Source: an uncultured Spirochaetota bacterium
GTDB lineage: Bacteria > Spirochaetota > Spirochaetia > SZUA-6 > Fen-1364
Direction: 5' to 3'
Length of the DNA: 64,000 nt
Assembly (NCBI GenBank): GCA_963753085.1
Contig: CAVWBF010000027.1
Coordinates: 10,382 to 74,381, forward strand
Under the pieces are notes generated by a model. It searched no databases. It was not told the origin of the DNA and saw only the letters and a list, made by a program, of their open reading frames with translations. This document shows positions 44,488-50,019 of this stretch, one piece after another; position 1 is the first letter of the stretch, and each line of letters opens with the position of its first letter. A program made the position numbers and the translations under genes.

Positions 44488-44871
44488 ATGGCAGGAATGG
44501 AAATCAAGGCGAGGCTGTTCGAAGACACCTGCGTCGTCGATGTAGCGGGAGAGATAGATCTGTACAACGCGTTCCGCCTCAAGGACACAGTCCATCTCAT
44601 GATGGAGAAGAAGATCTGCGCGTTCATTTTCAATCTCAAGAAGGTGACGTACATCGACTCCAGCGGTATCGGCGCCCTCCTCTCCATCAATGCGGTGCTG
44701 ACAAAGAAATCGCTTCCTCTCCGGATAGTAAGCGTTCCCCCGTCTGTCATGAAGGTCATGCAGCTCACCCGCCTGGTTGGCTTCCTCCCCGTCGAGAGCA
44801 CAGAGGTTGAGGCCTTGGACGGGCTTGCCACGCACCGGAAAGTGGCCGGCCCGGGTCCTCGGATTGCGTAA
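44488..44871 (+). CDS. STAS-domain anti-sigma-factor antagonist (paralog)
   Basis: VVDVAGEIDLYNAFRLKD...NLKKVTYIDSSGIGALL. Clear paralog of 44007-44375. Confidence 0.85.
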   Translation: MAGMEIKARLFEDTCVVDVAGEIDLYNAFRLKDTVHLMMEKKICAFIFNLKKVTYIDSSGIGALLSINAVLTKKSLPLRIVSVPPSVMKVMQLTRLVGFLPVESTEVEALDGLATHRKVAGPGPRIA

Positions 44872-44967
44872 GGCAGCCCGTCACGAGGGGCGCGATCGGC
44901 CGGGTTCCCGACGTGGCGCTGGCCGTGAACGCTCCTCGCGGCGGACATCTTTGTCGGGATACCTTCC

Positions 44968-45396
44968 CTACTTCTTTTTCTTCTTTGCGTTCTTCGCGCT
45001 CTTCGTGAGCGCCTGGAGCGCTTTCTTGTCATCCGAGGTCTGCAGGACCAACGTGGCCGTCTTCCCGCGGAAGCTCGTTGCCCAGGCGCGGTTGACGTTG
45101 ACAGATGCCTCAGCCAGCCGCTTTGCCACCTTCTTCAGGCTGCCCGCCTTGTTAGGCATGTCCACGCACAGGACCGGCGCTTCGGCAATGTCGACACCAA
45201 GGGCCGCTAGAGCTTTCTTTGCCTTGGCATTCCTGGCAACGAGGACCCGAAACTCCGCTTGCGACCCTGCCTCGGTCGCCAGGAGCGCCTCGATGTTCAC
45301 GCCTGCGGCCCCGATCAGATCAGAAACAGCGGCAAGCTGACCTGCCTTGTTGGGCAGGGAAAAGCTCAATAGCTGCGATTCCTTTGCTTTTGCCAT
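44968..45396 (-). CDS. Tandem ACT-domain protein with a Lys-rich C-terminal tail
   Basis: Two ACT-like units (LSFSLPNKAGQLAAV...; CVDMPNKAGSLKKVA...), ending KSAKNAKKKKK. 14 nt downstream of collagen-like gene A. Confidence 0.7.
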   Translation of the reverse strand: MAKAKESQLLSFSLPNKAGQLAAVSDLIGAAGVNIEALLATEAGSQAEFRVLVARNAKAKKALAALGVDIAEAPVLCVDMPNKAGSLKKVAKRLAEASVNVNRAWATSFRGKTATLVLQTSDDKKALQALTKSAKNAKKKKK

Positions 45397-45410
45397 GCGA
45401 GCTCCTTTGC

Positions 45411-45902
45411 CTACTGGCTTGTGGCCGGGACAAGCTGGACCAGGTAAGCTTTTCCCTGCCTCACGAACTTGAGGCTACCGTCCGGGTCCACGAACAAGTA
45501 CGTGGAGGAAGCCTCCTGGGGGCCGCTTGCATACCGCACCCCGGGCCCCGGCTCCCCTTTGTCACCCTTTCCTCCTGCTTCTCCACGGGCTCCCGGCTCT
45601 CCGCGGCTCCCTTGGGGCCCTTGCGGTCCGACCGGTCCCTGGGGTCCCTGTGGTCCGACGTCCCCCTTGGGACCGCGCTCTCCCTGCGGCCCGGCGGGTC
45701 CCCGTTCGCCCTTCTCCCCCCTTGGCAGGCCAAGAGCGAGGGTCCCTGAACCCTCCTCGAGTCGAGCGTACGCCGCCTCTCCCGGACCAAGCACCATTAC
45801 GGATGCACCGGTGATGGCGCCCTTCTTGGCCTTCCCCGGCTTCTCCGGCTTGGCGGCCTTGGCGTCCGTCTTGTTCTTCTTGGCCTTTTTTTCCTTTGGC
45901 AT
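45411..45902 (-). CDS. Collagen-like (Gly-X-Y)n protein A with a Lys-rich N-terminus and a conserved C-terminal domain; no signal peptide
   Basis: About 20 uninterrupted GXY triplets ([30 protein letters not shown]...). ATG 45902 follows AGGAGGAGG. The C-terminus [26 protein letters not shown] is shared with 49077-49427. Confidence 0.75.
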   Translation of the reverse strand: MPKEKKAKKNKTDAKAAKPEKPGKAKKGAITGASVMVLGPGEAAYARLEEGSGTLALGLPRGEKGERGPAGPQGERGPKGDVGPQGPQGPVGPQGPQGSRGEPGARGEAGGKGDKGEPGPGVRYASGPQEASSTYLFVDPDGSLKFVRQGKAYLVQLVPATSQ

Positions 45903-46110
45903 GACGACCTCCTCCTGAAACATGCCGACACATGCTCAAACGTGAAGGTACATCAAGTGTGCACCGATAGCAAGTACAAAATGCATCCAATAGGTACATT
46001 CTATGCACCGTGTTGATACAGAAAGGATGCTGTCGGGGGCCTCTTCCCCTCTCCCGGGGCCTGGAGTATATTTCACCTACCCGTCACATCCGATTCAAGT
46101 TGGAGCAGAT

Positions 46111-46392
46111 ATGGCAGGCTCCTTTGTTCCCGGGCCTGCGTCCAAGAAGGACGCCAAAGAGTATGCCCGGTTCTGCAGGATCCGCAGGCTTTTTCTCGTT
46201 GACGGGCTCGAGACCTGGCGGGCAGCGCTGAAAGCGCGGGGCCTGTCCGGAGACGAGATCGACGGGAAGCTCGCCGCCGCCATGCATTTCGTCTTCAGCC
46301 TCGGGGAGCCGTCTCTGGGGTCGCGGGACGGGAGCGAGGGCAGGGAGGGGCCGCCGCGGCAGCCTCCTGAGCGGGATTCATTTGCGTCTTAG
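46111..46392 (+). CDS. Hypothetical protein (93 aa)
   Basis: ATG 46111 lies 5 nt after GGAG, divergent from collagen-like gene A. No family recognised and the C-terminus is low complexity. Confidence 0.35.
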   Translation: MAGSFVPGPASKKDAKEYARFCRIRRLFLVDGLETWRAALKARGLSGDEIDGKLAAAMHFVFSLGEPSLGSRDGSEGREGPPRQPPERDSFAS

Positions 46393-46478
46393 CCAGCCAT
46401 GGAACGGTGAAATCCGCGGGGAGTAGAATCAGTGCCCGCAGGCTGCGCCCTGGAGCGAGGTCGGAATCCAATGCAAGA

Positions 46479-46500
46479 ACGCCCCCCTTCCGGGAGGCGT
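46479..46500 (-). terminator. Possible hairpin terminator downstream of the porin gene
   Basis: Minus-strand ACGCCTCCC-GGAA-GGGGGGCGT stem with one mismatch, followed by TCTTGCATT (weak U tract). Confidence 0.3.
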
Positions 46501-46534
46501 CCTGCAAAAGTTCATGAAAGCAGCGAAACTCGGG

Positions 46535-47740
46535 TTAGAAGCGGAAGCGCGCCCCGACCATGGCGCCGAAAATGCTGCTGAAGTTTCCAGCAACCGATGT
46601 GCCAGGGGCAACGATGACCTGGGCGCCGCCGTTCGGGGTGTTTTCAAGTGCGTCAGCGAACTGCGTGTACCATGCGCCGACGTAGAAGTCAAAATCCTTG
46701 CTGAAGTAGTAGTCGGCAGCAAGGAGGCCGCTGTAGCGCTCGCCGTCGTCGGCGTTGGCGAGCACATATGTTGCGTAGTCGAAATAGATGGCCGCGAGAA
46801 GGTTCAGGGAAGGCAGTACGTAGTAATTCGCACCCAAGTTGACGATGTCATCTTTGCGACCTTTTCCGCCGGACGACATTTCACTGTTGTTGGGGTTGAT
46901 CCTGGTGAAGCCAGCGTCGAACTCGGAGTGAATGTAGAAGGCGTACACGCCGTTCTTAGCATCAAGAGCATACTTGACGCCGGCTCCAGCGTCGAAGTGG
47001 TGGTTGTAGACCGCGTCAGCTTCGTACTGAACCGCAACGGCGGCTGAAATCGGCACATCTTTGTTGTTGTATCCCAGGCTGCCTGAAATCATCGCATTCT
47101 TGTCGATGAAGCCGTCCGTGGTGCCGATGCCCGGGATGTTGCCTGACTGGGCCATTGCGCCGACGGTAACTCCGCTGAAATTGCCGCTGTACTTGACGGA
47201 GCTGTCCCAGCGGAAGCCCATCTGCTGCGCGAAAAAGAAGTTGACAGCGTCGCCCGAAGAGTAGTTGTTTCCTCCCTGGGCTCCATTGCTCCAGTAGCCA
47301 AGGTTCCCGTGACCGCCGCCGAACACATCGCCGACGCCCATCGCATCGCTGAACGTGCCATACTGCCGGCCGAATGTGAGCGTGCCATAGTCACTGCTCA
47401 CACCCACCCAGGCCTGCCGGCCAAAGATCTGACCCTGCTGGTCGATCTGACCGACGGGCAGAACGACACCGCCTTCCAAAGTGTAGATCGCTTTGAGGCC
47501 ACCGAGATCTTCGGTCCCTCGAAGACCCCACCGGCTGCCATTGAAAAGTCCCTGCGAAAAACCAAAATACGTATTGCCTGATGAGTCTGCGTTCGTCGAT
47601 GCGCGAAGGGCCATGTCAACCAATCCGTACACCTCGACCAGAGACCCGGGCTGGCCCAGCATGGGGGCATCAGCGCCGGCAGTGAATGCGACAGCGGCCA
47701 CGAGTAGAGCCGCGGTCGCCAGAACACGAATCGTTTTCAT
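46535..47740 (-). CDS. Outer-membrane porin (general or phosphate-starvation type beta-barrel)
   Basis: Signal peptide (MKTIRVLATAALLVAAVAFTAGA), alternating beta-strand pattern, G/Y/N-rich, C-terminal ...GARFRF. ATG 47740 follows AGGAG. Confidence 0.8.
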   Translation of the reverse strand: MKTIRVLATAALLVAAVAFTAGADAPMLGQPGSLVEVYGLVDMALRASTNADSSGNTYFGFSQGLFNGSRWGLRGTEDLGGLKAIYTLEGGVVLPVGQIDQQGQIFGRQAWVGVSSDYGTLTFGRQYGTFSDAMGVGDVFGGGHGNLGYWSNGAQGGNNYSSGDAVNFFFAQQMGFRWDSSVKYSGNFSGVTVGAMAQSGNIPGIGTTDGFIDKNAMISGSLGYNNKDVPISAAVAVQYEADAVYNHHFDAGAGVKYALDAKNGVYAFYIHSEFDAGFTRINPNNSEMSSGGKGRKDDIVNLGANYYVLPSLNLLAAIYFDYATYVLANADDGERYSGLLAADYYFSKDFDFYVGAWYTQFADALENTPNGGAQVIVAPGTSVAGNFSSIFGAMVGARFRF

Positions 47741-47789
47741 CTCGACTCCTTTCGAAGAGGTATTTGTTGGTCTCACGAAAATGGATGAG

Positions 47790-47828
47790 CGTTAAGTAGC
47801 TGTTACTAAAGTGTTAAAAAGATGTGAA
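47790..47828 (-). promoter_or_regulatory. Pho-box-like array: four direct repeats at 11-bp phasing upstream of the porin gene
   Basis: Minus-strand reading is TTCACA-tcttt-TTAACA-cttta-GTAACA-gctac-TTAACG, about 50 nt upstream of ATG 47740. Confidence 0.65.
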
Positions 47829-47918
47829 TTTGCCCTTGATGGGATTTCGCGGCAATGAGCGAGGCAATTTTCAGCGTTCTACCACCCCCGAAAGGATCCA
47901 AATATTCGGCCCTTTCAC

Positions 47919-47965
47919 AGGCTTGCGCGCTGTCAGCTTCTCATGCCCCACCCAATCTTCCAGCG
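47919..47965 (+). repeat. About 47-nt non-coding element, paralog of 48113-48160 (shared core TCAGCT..CCCCACCCAAT.TTCCAGCG)
   Basis: Hand alignment of aggcttgcgcgctgtcagcttctcatgccccacccaatcttccagcg against aggtttgcgtacacgttcagctcctagttccccacccaatttccagcg. Confidence 0.6.
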
Positions 47966-48036
47966 TTTTCCCAGTCCAGGGCTCCTCTTGCCGCGCGGTT
48001 TCTCGCGGGTTGAAATGGCACGGCGAGGCCGTAGAA

Positions 48037-48086
48037 TTAACCCTAAATTAAAAGAAGCAAAAATAATTCGTAACAAATTTGTTATA
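48037..48086 (+). promoter_or_regulatory. Pho-box-like phased repeats upstream of the sRNA candidate
   Basis: TTAACC (48037), TTAAAA (48048), GTAACA (48070), GTTATA (48081), all on one 11-bp register. Confidence 0.45.
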
Positions 48087-48092
48087 GCCTTT

Positions 48093-48193
48093 GCGCGTCT
48101 TTACCGGTTTTGAGGTTTGCGTACACGTTCAGCTCCTAGTTCCCCACCCAATTTCCAGCGCCCTCCCTGACCAGGAGGGCGCGTCTTTTTTTT
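48093..48193 (+). ncRNA. Candidate small RNA (about 100 nt) with a C-rich CCCCACCC motif, ended by an intrinsic terminator
   Basis: No plausible ORF. Phased boxes and a TATAG-like -10 lie upstream, and a 9-bp GC stem plus T8 lies at the 3' end. The 5' end is only estimated. Confidence 0.35.
48158..48193 (+). terminator. Rho-independent terminator
   Basis: GCGCCCTCC (48158-48166), 7-nt loop, GGAGGGCGC (48174-48182), then GTC and T8 (48186-48193). Confidence 0.8.
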
Positions 48194-48235
48194 CTGGGCG
48201 CTGGACGTGCTGTTTTTGGGCCGCGATTGCAAAAA

Positions 48236-48274
48236 TTAACCGCTATTTACGGTAAACCAAAGCAATCCTTAACA
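48236..48274 (+). promoter_or_regulatory. Pho-box-like phased repeats upstream of the small Cys-rich ORF
   Basis: TTAACC (48236), TTACGG (48247), TTAACA (48269) on an 11-bp register. Confidence 0.5.
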
Positions 48275-48308
48275 CTGATCCTTTCTGCTATTCAGTGGGA
48301 GGATCCCG

Positions 48309-48518
48309 ATGAAAATAACCAGGGAAGGTGAGGTCGTCGCGTTCTACCTCGAAAGCGAGATAGTCTGCCCCGGCTGCATCACGCACCAGGAGCAGACCGA
48401 CCACGCCTCTGACGAGTGGCTCGCGGTTGAAGAGCTGGAGGGCGCGGTGGATGAGCTGTGGTGTGACCGCTGCGATGCCGGTCTCATGGCTGCCCAAAAG
48501 GAAGCCTGCTGCTCCTGA
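48309..48518 (+). CDS. Small Cys-rich protein (69 aa; CPGC ... CDRC, zinc-ribbon-like)
   Basis: ATG 48309 follows GGGAGGA. Two CxxC pairs plus a C-terminal CC. No family recognised. Confidence 0.5.
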   Translation: MKITREGEVVAFYLESEIVCPGCITHQEQTDHASDEWLAVEELEGAVDELWCDRCDAGLMAAQKEACCS

Positions 48519-48521
48519 GGC

Positions 48522-48794
48522 TTGCTTTCACTCCTGCTCCCGCCCCCGTCTGCCGATCATGGGAGCATGGGTGCGCAGCAAGGGATCCTGATCGAGGCGA
48601 GCTACGGGATTGAATACAGGGCCGTCCCCGCGGGCGGCCGGGCTGGATGGACTGCGCAGTGGCGGCCCATCCGCGCGCTGAAGAACTTCATGACTTTTTC
48701 CTACATCACTCGCACAGAGCAATTCCGAACGCAGGATGAAGCGCTGGAGTTCGTCCGAAGAAACGCAGGGGCGATAGTCGCCGGCGCCCTGTAA
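48522..48794 (+). CDS. Hypothetical protein (start uncertain)
   Basis: ORF immediately after the small Cys-rich gene. Neither TTG 48522 nor ATG 48567 has well-spaced RBS support. Confidence 0.3.
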   Translation: MLSLLLPPPSADHGSMGAQQGILIEASYGIEYRAVPAGGRAGWTAQWRPIRALKNFMTFSYITRTEQFRTQDEALEFVRRNAGAIVAGAL

Positions 48795-49076
48795 GGACAG
48801 GCCCCCGCGCCTGAGCCTCGCCAGACAACAAGGGCCCTCAGCGAGTTCGTGGAGGGCCCATACAGAAAAAGCTTGAGGGAGCTTTCACTCAACAAGGAAA
48901 CGACAGAGTGTTAGCTCCGCATGAACTTTGCGTTAAATCTCAGCGTTTCCGCCCACTGTCCCGAACAGCCCCCGGTCTCTGCGCGGGGGCGTATCGCATT
49001 TACGGCGTGCCTCCCGCACCTCCAACGCCGCGCCGCTTTACGCCGCGGCAGGCTCGGCACGCCTCGGCGTCCATGC

Positions 49077-49427
49077 CTACGGCGCGGGAACCAATTGGAC
49101 GACGAACGTCGTTCCCTGCCGCACGAACTTCAGCGAGCCATCCGGACCCACAACCAGATAGCCCGTCGCCGGGCTGGCACCGCCTTCGTAGCGGATGCCG
49201 ATCCCCGGCTCTCCCCGGGGTCCCGGCTCGCCGCGCATGCCCGATGAACCCTGCGCTCCCATGGGTCCCTGCGGCCCCCGCTCACCCTGCGGTCCGCGCT
49301 CGCCCTGAGGACCGGCTGGTCCACGCACGGCGCGGACAACTGCCGCCTTTGCCGGCTTTTTGGCTTTTGCCGGCTTCCTGCTCTTCGGCGCGGGCTTCGC
49401 CTTCTTCTTCGCTTTTGCCTTCGGCAT
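49077..49427 (-). CDS. Collagen-like (Gly-X-Y)n protein B with a Lys/Ala/Pro-rich N-terminus; paralog of 45411-45902
   Basis: [29 protein letters not shown], then 14 GXY triplets, then [37 protein letters not shown]. Confidence 0.75.
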   Translation of the reverse strand: MPKAKAKKKAKPAPKSRKPAKAKKPAKAAVVRAVRGPAGPQGERGPQGERGPQGPMGAQGSSGMRGEPGPRGEPGIGIRYEGGASPATGYLVVGPDGSLKFVRQGTTFVVQLVPAP

Positions 49428-49441
49428 GAGTACCTCCTCGA

Positions 49442-49681
49442 CTACCGCTTTTTGCTCCGCCTGACCTTTTCCCGAAGCGCGACGAGTCTCGCGTCGAGAA
49501 ATCGGTCCAAGGCTTCGTTCACGACGTCAGTGTACTTGAGCTTGGGCGTCCTTCTGTCAGGTCGCGCGTTGTAGACGGAAATGAACTTTGTCATCCGCGT
49601 CTGGTTCCCCGGCGCGATCTCGACGTTGATCTTGTGCGAGTGCTCCTTATGGTCCCTTTCCCTGCCCTTCTTTCCCCCCAT
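49442..49681 (-). CDS. Small basic protein, ribbon-helix-helix-like (79 aa)
   Basis: KINVEIAPGNQTRMTKFISVYN...KYTDVVNEALDRFL fits a beta-strand/helix/helix pattern. Paralog of the upstream gene, with a basic tail. Confidence 0.5.
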   Translation of the reverse strand: MGGKKGRERDHKEHSHKINVEIAPGNQTRMTKFISVYNARPDRRTPKLKYTDVVNEALDRFLDARLVALREKVRRSKKR

Positions 49682-49688
49682 CCCCCGG

Positions 49689-49853
49689 TCATCCCCTCTT
49701 TCCCGCCAGGTATTCGTGAAGGGCCCGGTTGATCACGTCCGCCGGCTTGCACTTCGGTGTGACCCTCTGCGGGTCATCGTTGTACAGGTCCACGTATTCC
49801 TTCATGCGCTCCCAGTTGGCAGGTGTGATCTCGATATGCAACTTCTTTGCCAT
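49689..49853 (-). CDS. Small ribbon-helix-helix-like protein (54 aa)
   Basis: MAKKLHIEITPANWERMKEYVDLYN...KPADVINRALHEYL. ATG 49853 follows GGAGGGAGGAAG. Confidence 0.5.
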   Translation of the reverse strand: MAKKLHIEITPANWERMKEYVDLYNDDPQRVTPKCKPADVINRALHEYLAGKRG

Positions 49854-50019
49854 GGATAGGGCAGCTTCCTCCCTCCTCAAATGGTGCCTCAAGTGTAGCA
49901 TCGAAAGCGCATTCGAAACAAGTCAAAAAATGCATCCATGCGGTTCATTTGGTGCATCTCGACCCACAGCCCGGCGGCGCCTATCCCCGCCTCCACCATC
50001 CCGGTATAGTGAGTGAGTG

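Noticed and set aside
45469-45918. Plus-strand ORFs over the collagen-like gene (45469-45918, 45527-45814), rich in Pro/Gly/Ser
   Set aside because: The GXY codon periodicity keeps several frames open on both strands. The minus-strand frame was chosen because it has a strong RBS, uninterrupted Gly-X-Y triplets and a paralog at 49077-49427 with the same architecture.
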